DNA of 63,709 bases, filler included, from Octopus bimaculoides (lineage: Eukaryota), in assembly GCF_001194135.2 (NCBI RefSeq). It is 5 parts of 4 records of this genome, joined end to end, with 100 filler letters (N's around TTAATTAATTAA, not from the genome) between each part and the next. Parts side by side here need not be neighbours in the genome. Positions count along the whole stretch, not along the records: positions 1 to 25,044 come from NC_068995.1; 4 more parts are not named here. One strand, written 5' to 3'. Shown here piece by piece: positions 1 through 13,124 of this stretch (its first letter is position 1; the number at the start of each line of letters is the position of its first letter). The notes below the pieces were generated by a model. The model had not been told where the DNA came from. It saw only the letters and a program-made list of their open reading frames with translations, and ran no database searches. The position numbers and the translations under genes were made by a program.

Positions 1-400
1 GTGTGGATGATGATGGTGGTTGTGGTGGTGGCAGTCATCATTGTCATGCTTGGGTGGTGGAGGTGGTGGTGGTAGTGGTTATGATGGTTGTGGTCGTTGT
101 CATTGTGGTAGTTGTGTTTTGTGGTGGTAGTGATGATGATGACGACGATGGTGTTGGTGGTCATGATGGCGGAAGTGGTGGTGGTCACGTTTGCATTGGG
201 GTTGGTGGTGGTGGTGGTGGTGGTGGTGGTTGCCATTGATGTTGCTGTAGTTATTGTTATAGTGGCAGTAATGATGATGGTGGTGGTGGTAGTAGTAGCA
301 GTGGTGGGGATAGTGCTTGTTGCTGTTGTTGCTACTGTCATTGTCATCACTACTACAGCTGCTGCTGCTGCTGCCGCTGTTGTTGTTGTTTCCGTATTTC
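1..400. repeat. Degenerate GGT/GAT/GTT/GCT trinucleotide low-complexity tract
   Basis: Mosaic of trinucleotide runs. All long ORFs here are homopolymeric (V/G/H/N/T) and no splice signals were identified. Confidence 0.8.
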
Positions 401-671
401 CATTTTATTTGGCCAATATTCATGACATGTTGCTAATTCTTAAATCGGTTTGACCATTATAATGCCAAAGCATCCAATCCAAAATTCTATTATTTCGGTC
501 ATTCCGCACCGTCCCCTCCCCCCCTTCTCCTTCCCCCTCCGAATCGTATTAGATTTGAATCAAAACAATAGACTCTGCAGAATCTCTTTTCCTTGTTTGT
601 TCCGCTTTCAAACGACTGACTTTCTTTAAATTACTTGTGTTGCTGCAGTTGTTCTTGTTGTTATTGTCATC

Positions 672-672
672 G

Positions 673-734
<62 letters not shown>
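672..734. repeat. (GTT)n microsatellite, about 21 units
   Basis: Perfect GTT run, visible as poly-C/poly-L in the ORF track. Confidence 0.95.
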
Positions 735-736
<2 letters not shown>

Positions 737-999
737 CGTTGTCGTCGTTGTTGTCGTTATTGTTGGTTGTCTTATTCAGAGAAAGGATGCAGGAGCCACA
801 TCACCGGAAGTATCCAACATACAAACCCACAGCAAAGTTTTACCCACCCCTTCCAACCCCCATTTTATATCTTTTACCATTTACTTGCTTCATTCGTTTA
901 CACTGTGGCCATGCTGGGGCACCACCTTAAAGAGTTTCCATTGAATTCATTGCCCCCTATAACTTGGAAATTCTTTTTCTCCTTAAGTCTGGTAATTAT

Positions 1000-1113
1000 T
1001 CAATCAGGTTCAATTCCTCAATTGAGTGGCACCTTGAGCAAGTGTCTTCTACTTAGGCCGACCCAAATCCTTGTGAATGGATTTGTGAGATGAAAATTGG
1101 AAGTAGACCATTG

Positions 1114-1147
<34 letters not shown>

Positions 1148-1490
1148 TATATAGATATATATATACATATAACTGTGTGTACATGTGTGTGTACATGTGT
1201 GTGTATGTGTGTGTGTCTAAGTGTGCTTGTGTGTGTGTGTGTTTGTGTAGGTGTTTGTATGTGTGCTTGAGTGTTTGTGTTTGTGTCTGTGTTCGTACCC
1301 CTATCACTGCTTGACAACCGGTGTTGGTGTGTTTATGTCCCTGTAACTTTGCTGCTTGGTGAAAGAGTCCAATAGGTTTAAAAAAGAAAAAAATAAGCCT
1401 TGGCGGGAGTCAATTCATTCAACTAAAAATTCTTCAAGATGGTGCCCCAGCATGGCCACAGTCTGTTGACTAAAACAGAAGGCTAATGAC
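1000..1490 (+). mobile_element. SINE family A, decayed copy with internal (TA)n/(TG)n
   Basis: Shares ggcaccttgagcaagtgtcttctact, gcttgacaaccggtgttggtgtgttta and gtgccccagcatggccacagtc with the intact copy at 10817-11210. Confidence 0.8.
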
Positions 1491-1911
1491 TAAAGACAAA
1501 AATAAAAGATTCACCAAAATATATTTGATGAGCATGTGTTCAGAATGGGAGCCTGACTAAAGTTGTGATTAGCATATGATCAATTTGTCAAGTCAGTGCA
1601 TCAAAGTGAATCTTTTGTTATCATAACCAATGAAACACCACAAAAGTTTATGAATCCATAAACTAAAAGATGTGACCCTTTACCCTTTCACTTTGTCTAT
1701 ACACACTGAACCAAAGAGAACATTTTTTTTATTATTTCCATATTTACATACATGTTTATCTGAAGAGATTCTAAAATTTATGGATATTGAAAGGTTTTGC
1801 AAGTGAAACAGAGCAAGCTTTCTGTTAAGTATTGGTCTTCCCAAGAACTGTACGCATTCATTTGGGACAATATATGTGCCAATTCTTATTTAATGGAGCT
1901 GGGGATGTATG

Positions 1912-1944
<33 letters not shown>

Positions 1945-3594
1945 GTATGTATGTATATATATACATAAATATATATATATATATATATATAAACATGTAT
2001 ATATGTGTGTACAAGTAAAAAATAAAGATGAGCTATATGTGTGCATGTGTGTGTGTGTGTGTGTGCGTGTTGTAACGGAAATGTACACAGCCATACAACT
2101 GAATGCATTTGCATACAAACAATCAATTTGAAAATCAAATTTGTTCAAGAATAAAAAGAAACACAACGCCAGGAATGCATACGCATGTGCACATAGGTAC
2201 ACACACATGCATGCACATTCAGATGCACATACACACACATGCACACAGAGGCATATATATATTCATATATATATGTTTATATATACATATATATATGTAT
2301 ATGTGTGTGTGTGTGTGTGTGTGTATATGCTTGTATGTACATCTACACACACATATATAGATATATAGGTATTGATAGTTAGATAGATAGAGTGTATAGA
2401 TATATACAGTATGTTTATATATATATATATATATNNNNNNNNNNNNNNNNNNNNNNNNNNNNNNNNNNNNNNNNNNNNNNNNNNNNNNNNNNNNNNNNNN
2501 NNNNNNNNNNNNNNNNNNNNNNNNNNNNNNNNNNNNNNNNNNNNNNNNNNNNNNNNNNNNNNNNNNNNNNNNNNNNNNNNNNNNNNNNNNNNNNNNNNNN
2601 NNNNNNNNNNNNNNNNNNNNNNNNNNNNNNNNNNNNNNNNNNNNNNNNNNNNNNNNNNNNNNNNNNNNNNNNNNNNNNNNNNNNNNNNNNNNNNNNNNNN
2701 NNNNNNNNNNNNNNNNNNNNNNNNNNNNNNNNNNNNNNNNNNNNNNNNNNNNNNNNNNNNNNNNNNNNNNNNNNNNNNNNNNNNNNNNNNNNNNNNNNNN
2801 NNNNNNNNNNNNNNNNNNNNNNNNNNNNNNNNNNNNNNNNNNNNNNNNNNNNNNNNNNNNNNNNNNNNNNNNNNNNNNNNNNNNNNNNNNNNNNNNNNNN
2901 NNNNNNNNNNNNNNNNNNNNNNNNNNNNNNNNNNNNNNNNNNNNNNNNNNNNNNNNNNNNNNNNNNNNNNNNNNNNNNNNNNNNNNNNNNNNNNNNNNNN
3001 NNNNNNNNNNNNNNNNNNNNNNNNNNNNNNNNNNNNNNNNNNNNNNNNNNNNNNNNNNNNNNNNNNNNNNNNNNNNNNNNNNNNNNNNNNNNNNNNNNNN
3101 NNNNNNNNNNNNNNNNNNNNNNNNNNNNNNNNNNNNNNNNNNNNNNNNNNNNNNNNNNNNNNNNNNNNNNNNNNNNNNNNTATATATGCGCATATGTGGG
3201 TGCATGCATGAATGTATGTATGTGTATATATATTCCCTTGAGATTTCTGCAGAATGTTGGCACCATGATTCTACAGAGAGTTTTTAATTGATTTCAATTT
3301 TAAAGGTACATGCAAATTATATAAACATCGACAAAGGATGTCTCTGAGGTTATGGAGATAATTCTTTCCTGGACCTTTTCGGAAACTTCTGTAGATGTTA
3401 ACTAACACGGGAACTTCAAAAGAACAAGAAGACAAAAGACTCGTCTCCCTGCGTATGTGTATATATATATATATGATGTGCTGCAGCTTGGCTATGGCCT
3501 TTGGGGCTGAAATAGATAACAGAACAAAAAGGTATATAGTGCTGGTGCCACAGATAAAGCTATCAATTTTTATTCTGTGAAGTAGTTGTTCTTA

Positions 3595-3725
3595 AGGTGG
3601 ATATCCAGCTACAGAAACCATGCCAAAGCCGACATAGGAATATGGTACAGCCCTCCAACACATCAGATCCTGTTATACTGCCCAAGCTAAGCCAGCATGG
3701 ATGACAGAGGTTAAAAGATGATGGC
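3595..3725 (+). mobile_element. SINE family C, decayed 3' part
   Basis: atccagctacagaaac...gccagcatggatgacagaggttaaaagatgatg matches the family C tail at 32200-32323 and is followed by (GAT)n. Confidence 0.6.
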
Positions 3726-3790
3726 TGATGATAATGATGATGACAGTGATGATGTATATCTTTATCCTTATAAAAAGTAAAGTTTGTTTG

Positions 3791-3838
3791 TTAGGTGTGA
3801 GAGGCTGGATATGGCCAGTTTAAATGCTTAAGGATTAA
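3791..3838 (-). mobile_element. piggyBac-like MITE end fragment
   Basis: atatggccagtttaaatgcttaaggattaa is the reverse complement of the left end of the 36448-36666 MITE. Confidence 0.65.
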
Positions 3839-3970
3839 ATGTGAAAGAGTTAATGTCTCTCTCCCATCTCGCTGCCTAAATAACAGATGGATTGTCATCG
3901 TACATGCCAATTGACCCGCAGCAGGGACTCTGACAGCTGCTACAAGTTTGGTTTAGAATGGACCCAGAAA

Positions 3971-4306
3971 TAGTAAAGACCCCCTTCGGTCATGAACGAC
4001 CATGGGATCGCACCTAGAAGGTTACCCTCCGAGGCACAAGTCCAGGCAAGGTTGTTTATGGAAGACCAACAGTTGCTCATGCATACCGACCTCTCCTCTC
4101 CACACCACCAATGTTATGCAATGGAAAGGCAATGACCAATACAGCTTGGTACCAGTGATGTGGCTACTCAATTCTAAAGATGAGTGAACTGGAGCAACAT
4201 GAAATAAAGTATCTTGCTCAAGAACACAACACACAGCCTGGTCTAGGAATTGAACTCATTATCTCAAAATACTGAGCCTAATGCTCTAACCATTGAGCCA
4301 TGCCCC
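3971..4306 (-). mobile_element. SINE family D (tRNA head + CORE-like domain), copy 1
   Basis: Minus strand reads A-box-like ggctcaatggttag, B-box-like gagttcaattcc, then gtgttcttgagcaagatactttatttcatgttgctccagttcactc, which resembles the MIR/CORE domain from memory. Near-duplicate at 4345-4660. Confidence 0.8.
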
Positions 4307-4344
4307 TTCTCAAGAAAGGGTAAAGATTCCTCTTCAATTATGAA

Positions 4345-4660
4345 TGGCTATGGGATTGCACGTAGAAAATTCCTCTCTGAGACACATGTCTGGGCAAAGT
4401 TGTTTTATGGAAGACCAGTGGTTGCCTCTGCATACCAGCCTCCCCCTCTCCACACCATCGATGTTATCCAAGGGAAAAGCAAAGGAGCAGACACAGTTTG
4501 GCACCAGCGATGTCGTAACTTATTTCTATAAATGAGTGAACTGGAGCAATGTGAAATAAAGTGCCTTGCTTAAGAACACAACGCACAGTCCAATCCAGGA
4601 ATCAAACTCACTCCCTCGTGATTGTAAGCCCGATACTTTAACCACTGAACCACACACCCT
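4345..4660 (-). mobile_element. SINE family D, copy 2 (tandem with copy 1)
   Basis: Collinear with 4000-4306 (ttgttttatggaagaccag ... gagtgaactggagcaatgtgaaataaagtg ... accactgaacc). Confidence 0.8.
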
Positions 4661-5329
4661 CAGTAGATAAAAGGTGGTTCCACACATCTCAAAATCTTGG
4701 AAACAGCAATATTTGAGGAATTAAGGATTTTTTTCCCCAAAATAGGTATTTTGTGCTATTTCTGTTTGTATAAATGGATTAAAAATATATCAAAGATATC
4801 TACAATAAAATATAAACAAACACTTTAAGGATTAACCTTAAGATTATTTTATTATAATAAAGGGTTTAAAATTAGATTATAATCGCAAATTAAATCATAA
4901 GAAATCATCATTTTCTAGTAAATTAATTTCTTATATTTTTCCTTTTATTTTATTTTTTCTTTGCCATAGTTAAAATGATTTTGTATTGAGGCAATCAGGT
5001 TTCAGTTTCCATCACCACTAACACTGCCACCACCACCACCACCACCACTGTTGCTGCTGCTGCTGCTGCTGTTGCTGTTGCTGCCACCACCGTCGCCACT
5101 GCCAGCATCACTGGTTTCATCTGTTGCAGCTCATGTGATCACACGGGTAAAGGCTTTTTCATAACAACAAACCAAACACATGTTCTGTTTTCGTTTGATC
5201 ATAGGAGAAAACATTGCTGCAGTAAAACAAAAAAAAAGAAGAAAAATCACACACATACACACACAAAAAAAAAGAAAACAAAACAGCAACAAGAAAAGAA
5301 AAACACTACATCATTGATTGACAATGCTT

Positions 5330-5363
<34 letters not shown>

Positions 5364-5486
5364 CAACATGCACACATATATCAATATCACAGGAATATAA
5401 ATATTTAAAATTATATACACTATATATAAAATGATCTCTGGTTTTTAAGTATTATGGAGTATATATATATCTTTATAAATACATTA

Positions 5487-5554
<68 letters not shown>

Positions 5555-5649
5555 AAATAATATATATATTTATATATATAATATATTTATATACATAATA
5601 TATAATATATTTATATACATAATATATATATATTTATATATACATTATG

Positions 5650-5681
<32 letters not shown>

Positions 5682-5709
5682 CATTTATATATATTTGTAT
5701 ACATATACC

Positions 5710-6100
5710 TCAACATCGTCATTATCTTTTAATGTCTGTTGTTCATGCTGGCATGGGTTGAACAGTTTGACCAGGGCTGGTAAGCTGAAGAGCTGCGCCA
5801 AACTCCAATCTGACTTCGCATGGTTTCTACAGCTGGATGCCCTTCCTAATGCCAACAACCCTGACAATCTAATGGGCGCCAGTTGTGCTACTACACCAGT
5901 ATCTGCCACAACGGTGATTTCACTTGGCTTGATGGGTCTTCTTCTTAAGCACAGCATATTGCCAAAGGTCTTGGTCATTTGTCATTGCCTCCATGTGGCC
6001 CAACACTCGAAAGGTACTTTTTATGACGCCGGTATGGGAGCTAGTCACATGATACTGGCATCGGCAACATTGCCTCCGCTCGAAAGGTGCTTTTTACATG
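5710..6100 (-). mobile_element. SINE family C copy
   Basis: catgctggcatgggttg...tttctacagctggatgcccttcctaatgccaac is the reverse complement of 32180-32320. Confidence 0.8.
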
Positions 6101-8638
6101 CATACATGTGTGTGTATGTGTGTGCATAAGTGTCTTGGCGTTTTTGAGACTGTGTTTGCTTTCTCTTACCATTTGACAACCAGTGCTGGATTCTTTGCCT
6201 CCCAGTAACTTGGCGGTTCAGCAATAGTACCATTTGAGCGTGACTGTTACCAACGTTGCCTTCCTGGCATGTGAAAAGACATATGTATATATATATATAT
6301 ACTAGGTTGAGGAAAAAGTTTGTGCGCCGTGAGTATGTGTGTGTGTATGTGAGTATGAGCGTGTGTGTATGTGAGTATGAGCGTACGTGTATGTGTGTGT
6401 GTGTGAGTGTGTGTGCGAGTGAGCATGTGTGTACGTATGTGTGTATAATATATGAAACATAAAAATACATATATAAGTATGTGTATAAGAAATTCAAAGA
6501 TTGCCTCATTGGCAGAAATATATATTCTGTGTGTGTGTGTGTGTGTGTGCGTGCGGAGGGGATAGTCAATGTATTATCTGCGGATTTGTGTAATCCGTTT
6601 CGGTGTGTTTGCCTGGTATTGTGATCGTAGAGATATGAAGCTGGATGTAAGACACTACATCACTTCAATAACTGAAAGTAGAAACACACACAGACACACA
6701 CACTCACAAAGACAGATACACCAGCAATGAACTAGATACATTTGTGCACGTCTTTCTATGTGTGTGAATATGTGTGTATATACGTGTGTATAACTATGCA
6801 TGTATGAGTATATATATGTGTGTGTCACATGGGAATGTATCTATCTCTCAATTTATCTATCTGTCTATCTACCTATCTGTCTATCTACCTATCTCNNNNN
6901 NNNNNNNNNNNNNNNNNNNNNNNNNNNNNNNNNNNNNNNNNNNNNNNNNNNNNNNNNNNNNNNNNNNNNNNNNNNNNNNNNNNNNNNNNNNNNNNNNNNN
7001 NNNNNNNNNNNNNNNNNNNNNNNNNNNNNNNNNNNNNNNNNNNNNNNNNNNNNNNNNNNNNNNNNNNNNNNNNNNNNNNNNNNNNNNNNNNNNNNNNNNN
7101 NNNNNNNNNNNNNNNNNNNNNNNNNNNNNNNNNNNNNNNNNNNNNNNNNNNNNNNNNNNNNNNNNNNNNNNNNNNNNNNNNNNNNNNNNNNNNNNNNNNN
7201 NNNNNNNNNNNNNNNNNNNNNNNNNNNNNNNNNNNNNNNNNNNNNNNNNNNNNNNNNNNNNNNNNNNNNNNNNNNNNNNNNNNNNNNNNNNNNNNNNNNN
7301 NNNNNNNNNNNNNNNNNNNNNNNNNNNNNNNNNNNNNNNNNNNNNNNNNNNNNNNNNNNNNNNNNNNNNNNNNNNNNNNNNNNNNNNNNNNNNNNNNNNN
7401 NNNNNNNNNNNNNNNNNNNNNNNNNNNNNNNNNNNNNNNNNNNNNNNNNNNNNNNNNNNNNNNNNATATATATATATATATATACAGACATACGTATGTA
7501 TGTTTGTATATGTAGACATGTATATATCTATGAGTGGATGTAAGTGTGTATGTGTTGGCATATTTATGAGTATGTGTGTACAAGTGCGTATATATATGTG
7601 TATAGTTAAACACACACATATACACACATATCTATCTATACCCACGTGCACCATTACCGCAGTGCTGATGCACTCAGATCATTAACATATTCTTCTGACA
7701 CTTACTGCAGTCTTGTATAGATTTGTAGATCGATATGTTTTACATTTCTACCGCAAAGTTATTTAGCGAAACGGTGATTCGTGGGAGGGTGGTGACGGGG
7801 GCGAGACGTGAACATAGCAAAAAGCTGGAAGGATAAAGGAAAAAAAAAAAAAGCAATCGATTAAGTTATCTCCCTTTAATCTAAGTTCGCAATGTATGAG
7901 AGAGTAGTTTCCCTTGAATAATATTTTTTTATTTTTTGCCTTACTTGTTAAGAATGAAGTGGCGTAATAAGGTTTCGATTCCGACTTCCGTTGCGTTAGT
8001 AATTGTTATAATCTTTTCTTTTAACTTTATTTCTGTAATGGTTCTGAGAGTTCTAAGCTGTCAATCCTCTTTGCCTGGGTGTTGTAGCATCGTTAAATTT
8101 CAGTAACTGAAGAATTTTCTGGCTCTAAAGGGATGGACCAGCGTTACATTAAAGCAGGCTAAGTGTTGGTACACTGTTCAGTTTGCTCACACCAACTACA
8201 AGGGATTCTGTTTATTTCACCGTAAGATATAGAATATTACTTAACTTTATTTCTTTACAATTCAACTGTCTCCTCTCCTTCAGAAAATCCCCAAAATTAA
8301 GCACTGAACTCTCTTTTTACACCCAGACACGACCCAATGTGTCTGGACAAACTTTTCATCTTCACATGACCCAATGTGTCCCACCCACCTCTCTCTTCAC
8401 TTCCCAACATCAGTCAATGTTCCACCCACATCCCTTGTTCCCACCACATGTCCTGAGGTTTTTCACCCGCCTGCCTCTTCTTCACTATCAGATGTTACCC
8501 CTATGTGGATCACTCACCTCCCTCTCTTTACCCCACCAATATTCCAACATGTTTCAACCTCTACAGAACTGAGAACGATACTTCTGGATTAACCTTAGCG
8601 CCACCTTTCTCCTTGTAATCAAAACCCAACTCCCTCAT

Positions 8639-8948
8639 CATGTAAAAGCTCTGCGCAGTGCCATGTAAAAGCACTCATGTGGTGTCGTGTAAAAGCCCAT
8701 GTGGTGCCACGTAAGAGCACTTGTGCAATGCCACATGACAGCGTCTTTGCAGCATCATGTAAAAGCACTGATGTAGTGTCATGTAAAAGCCCATGTGGTG
8801 TCACGCAAAAGCGCTCATGCGGTGCCACATGGAAGCATCTTTGCAGTACCATGTAAAAGCACCCATGTGGTGCTTTGTAAAAGTATTCATGCACCACCAC
8901 ATGAAAGCGTCTTTGCAGTACCATGTAAAAACACCCATGTGGTACCAT
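8639..8948. repeat. Degenerate 22-24 bp minisatellite (consensus approx. gtggtgccatgtaaaagcacccat), about 13 units
   Basis: catgtaaaagc recurs at 8639, 8662, 8756, 8779, 8851 and 8921, with variant units between them. Confidence 0.85.
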
Positions 8949-9224
8949 ATAGTGAGAATGATCCAAAAATAATGCGATTGTGAAAGATACTTCTTAACCA
9001 TACAGCCAAGTAGAAAAGGAAAAAAGACAAAGATTTTAATTAATTTATAAGCTGAATTGTATTTATTTTTATAATTTTCAAACACTCAGATATTATTTTC
9101 CTCATCTCTTCATCTTCAGAAAATTTACAATGTTACAGAGGAGGAAGAAGAAAGAGATAAAAAAAAAAAAGAACAGTATTATTGTTATTAATTTTTTCTA
9201 ATTTCAGTAAAAGTTCAGTATTTT

Positions 9225-9372
9225 TTAGAAGAGGGGACAAGTCATTTACATTGGCCCCAAGTATTTGACTGGTACTTATTTCATCGACCCCCGAAAGGAT
9301 GAAACGCTAAGTCAATCACAACAAATGCTGCAAAGCTTTTTATCCGACACGTTAATGTTTCTACCAGCAGAG
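9225..9372 (-). mobile_element. SINE family B copy
   Basis: ctggtacttatttcatcgacccccgaaaggatgaaa is the reverse complement of the family B core. Confidence 0.75.
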
Positions 9373-9974
9373 TTCTACAGCCCTTCATGTTAAATTCAAA
9401 TCCCGCTGGGGTCAATAAGATAAGGTACCAATTAAGTATTGGGGGTGGGGGAAGAGATCTATTTAGATGTTTCCAAGAAGCACCTTTTGTTTTCTGCAGT
9501 CCAAGACCCCAGATGAACCTATATCACGGTAAAAAACTCAAAAGGGGACAGCAAAATCAAAGTCGCTTTTTTGCCAAAAGCAAACCACGGGAGGATGGCC
9601 ATGAAAAGTTGATATTGGCAGTGCCCCAGCATGGCCAAAGCCTTTGGATTGAAATGCATAAAAGAATAATTAAGTTACTTCCTTTCACTTGAAATTACTT
9701 ACCTCATGCTAAACTTAGGAATTATTATTATTGCTGTTATTCATTAGCATTACTATCATTCGACTGGCCCCGTTCCCCCAAAATTTCAGGCTAGTGCCTT
9801 TAGTAGAAAGGATTATTATTATTGTTAGTAGTAGTAGCAGCAGCAGTAGTAGTAGTTGTCATCATCGAGAACAGAGAACCTAAATGCGACCCCAAATATG
9901 AAGTGGGGAGCCAATACACCTTCCATAAGACAAGAGCTGATTATTATTATTATCATCATCATCATCATCATGGG

Positions 9975-10800
9975 TAAGGCAAAGGTAGTAAGCTGGTGGA
10001 ATCCCTACTGCGTCAGACAAAATGCTTAGCAAACTTTCTTCTAGCCTTAGGTTCCAAGTTCAAATGCCACCAAGTCAGATCTTTGTTTTTCATACTTTTG
10101 GTGTCAATAAAATAAGTACCAGTTGATTAATGGGGTCAATATCAACTTACACTTACCCCTAAAACTGCTGGCCTTGTGCCAAAATTTGAAATCATTGTTA
10201 CAGGTAAGGTGATGAGCTAGCTGAATTGTTCTGCACATCAGGTAAAATACTTATTGGCATTTCGTCAATCTTTGCATACCGAGTTCAAATACTGCTGAGG
10301 TCAACTTTTGCCTTTTATACTTTAAGGGTCACTGAAATAAGTACCAGCTGAGCGCTGGGGGTGATGTAATCAACATGCCCTCTCCTGCAAAACTTCAGGC
10401 CTTGCACCTGAAAGCGTTAGTTGTAAGGAAGTATTCCCCCAAGGTCGACTCTGCCTTTCATCCTTTCAGGGTTGATTAAATAAGCACCAGTTATACACTG
10501 GGGTTGATGTAATCGACATAATCCCTTCCCCTAAATTTGAGGCCTTGTGCTCCCAGTAGAAAAGATAATTAATTGTAAGGCAGTGAGCTCACAGAATAGT
10601 TAGCATGCAGGATGAAAAGCTTAGCGGTATTTCGTCTGTCTTTATGTTCTGAGTTCAAATTCTACCAAGGTTGACTTTGCCTTTCATCTGTTTGGGGTCG
10701 ATAAATTAGGAACCGATGAAACACAGGGGTCAATGTAATCGGCTAGTCCATTCTCCACCCCAAATTTCAGGCCTTGTGCCTATAATGAAAAGCATTATTA
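9975..10800 (+). mobile_element. Head-to-tail cluster of about 4 SINE family B copies (+)
   Basis: gagttcaaat..aggt(c/t)(a/g)actttgcctttcatc..taagtaccag..gatgtaatc..ggccttgtgc recurs at about 10055, 10280, 10440 and 10650. Confidence 0.9.
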
Positions 10801-10816
10801 TAATTAGTTCTCTTAT

Positions 10817-11210
10817 GGCGCAGGAGTGGCTGTGTGGTAAGTAGCTTGCTTACCAACCACATGGTTCTGGATTCAGTCCCACTGCGTGGCACCTCGGGCA
10901 AGTGTCTTCTACTATAGCCTCGGGCCGACCAAAGCCTTGTGAGTGGATTTGGTAGACGAAAACTGAAAGAAGCCCGTCGTGTATATGTATACATATGTGT
11001 GTGTGTGTGTTTGTCCCCCCCAACGTCGCTTGACAACCGATGCTGGTGTGTTTACGTCCCCGTAACTTAGCGGTTCGGCAAAAGAGGCCGATAGAATAAG
11101 TACTAGGCTTACAAAGAATAAGTCCTGGGGTCGATTTGCTCGACTAAAGGCGGTGCTCCAGCATGGCCGCAGTCAAATGACTGAAACAAGTAAAAGAGTA
11201 AAGAGTAAAG
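10817..11210 (+). mobile_element. SINE family A, young near-full-length copy
   Basis: tRNA-like head (A-box-like tggctgtgtggtaag, B-box-like ggattcagtccc), internal (TA)/(TG) tract, 3' (AAAGAGT)n tail. Highly similar to 61985-62340. Confidence 0.92.
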
Positions 11211-11301
11211 AATTATGAGTGGTTTTTTGGAATTTTTCTCAAAGCAGGTCATCGACCATAGATAAAGACAAATAAATAGTAAAACAAACAAATCATAATC
11301 T

Positions 11302-11335
<34 letters not shown>

Positions 11336-11704
11336 AGAAAGAATTATTTGGTCGTCTGAGCCATGAAGATATTAAAATTGTTAAGTGATTCGGATGATAA
11401 CAACAGGGAAACTTGGACGAAAAACACAGAATTGAATATTTGGTGTTTGTTTTTATGTCAATATATTCTAGTGATCTGTTGTTGATTCATGTTGTTTAAC
11501 CGTGGGCCAACTCTTCATGGAGGTAAGGTGTGATGTGAGGAACGTTTGGCTGTTGTTTCAAGTAGATAAAAGTGAATCTTAACCGTTCTTTCTCTTCTTT
11601 TTCTCGCAGTAAGGAGGAACAAATGGCAACAGCAGAGTTACCTCAGAATATTAAAACAATAACTTGATAAAAGCCAAGAAAAAAACAAAAGATAATAATA
11701 ATAA

Positions 11705-12985
11705 TAATGATTTCATATTTTGGCACAAAGCCAGCAAATTTCGGAGGAGAGCATAAGTCAACCCCAGTATTCAACTGCTACTTATTTTATCGATCACAGA
11801 AAGATGAAAGGCTAAGTCCACCTCGGCAGAATTTGAACTCTGAATGTAAAGATGGTTGAAATTCCAAAAAGGAATTTTTGCCCGGCATGCTAACAATTTT
11901 GCCAGCTCACCGACTTAATAATAATAATAATAATCCTTTCTACTCTATGCACAAGGCCTGAAATTTTGGGGTATGGAGCTAGTCAATAGCACTGACCCCT
12001 GTGCTCAACTGGTACTTATTTCGTCTACCCTGAAAGAATAGAAGGCAAAGTCTACCTTAGCAGCGTTTGAATTCAGAACAAAAAGCCAGGAAAAATGCCG
12101 CCAAGCTTAATAACAATTCCACCAGCTCACCCCAAAAAAGGCAAAACAATAACACATGTGCAGAGAAGGGTTAACTGGGGCAATTGAATTAACCCTGTGC
12201 TTAATGGTAACTTGAATTTATCAAGCTAAGAAGGATGAAAGACAAATCTGACTTTGGTAGGATTTGAACTCAGAACAAAAACTGTTGTAAATAAAGCACT
12301 ATTGCAAGGCCTTTTGTCTGACCCTTTCTGTCAATCCACTGCTCTTTTTTGATAACATCGGAGACCCCCTTCGGTCATGACTGGCCCTAACAAACCCAAA
12401 TATTCTGCCTGTTTCCTGTTCAAACTGGCAAGATCTGGCTTCTCATACCTAACCTACAATGCCATTCTAAAAGTAAATAATCTATCGGTGAAATCTTGAA
12501 GCTACAAGATAATGCAAGATTAGTTCAAAACAATCCTTTCTACGAAAAAGGCACAAGGCCTGAAATTTTGGGGGAGGGGACGAATCAATTACATCAACCC
12601 CAATGATTTACTGGTACTTAATTTATCGACCCTGAAAGGATGAAAGGCAAAACTGACCCAAGGGGAATTTGAACTCAGAACATAAAGATGGACAAACTGC
12701 CGCTAAGCATTTTACTCAGCATGCTAATAATCTTGCCAGCTCGCTGCCTTAAATTAATACAGAATAAGCCTTTCTAATATTGGCACAAGGCCTGAAATTT
12801 TGGGGGAGGGGACTAGTCGATTACTTAAATCCCCAGTGTTTCACTGGTACTTAATTTATCAACCCCGAAAGGAGGAAAGGTAAAGTTAACCCCGGTGGAG
12901 TTTGAACTCAGAACATGATGATGACGGACAAAATGCCGCCAAACAATTTCACCTGGCATGTTAACAATTCTGCTAGTTTGCTACC
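11705..12985 (-). mobile_element. Head-to-tail cluster of about 5 SINE family B copies (-)
   Basis: Repeated ggcacaaggcctgaaatttt...ctggtactta..gaaaggatgaaaggcaaagt..gaatttgaactcagaac..gccagctc, with short (AAT)n/AT-rich spacers at several junctions. Confidence 0.9.
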
Positions 12986-13047
12986 TTCGATTAATTAAAA
13001 AATAATACAAGTATGACATTTGATTAAGTAATCTGAATATTAAAGGG
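12380..13047 (+). mobile_element. piggyBac-like MITE split by two nested SINE B insertions
   Basis: 12380-12534 aligns to 36463-36621, and about 13001-13047 aligns to 36625-36666 of the intact MITE. It ends ...aatattaaaggg followed by ctaa. Confidence 0.75.
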
Positions 13048-13124
13048 CTAAAGCAGTGTTCTGTCACCTGTGCTTGATTACTTATGTTGTTCAGGTGTAA
13101 ATCTAGATTAGAAATAATATCTTT

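Noticed and set aside
100-423. Minus-strand N/S/H-rich ORF as a further exon of the low-complexity gene
   Set aside because: It is a pure trinucleotide mosaic, with no acceptor and no non-repetitive anchor, unlike 20202-20865.
3395-3452. Plus-strand exon (cttctgtAG ... GC|GTATGT)
   Set aside because: The donor is likely part of the adjoining TA/TG microsatellite, and the peptide is uninformative.
7706-7747. Minus-strand 42-nt exon with a GTAAGT donor
   Set aside because: The acceptor has almost no polypyrimidine tract and there is no independent support.
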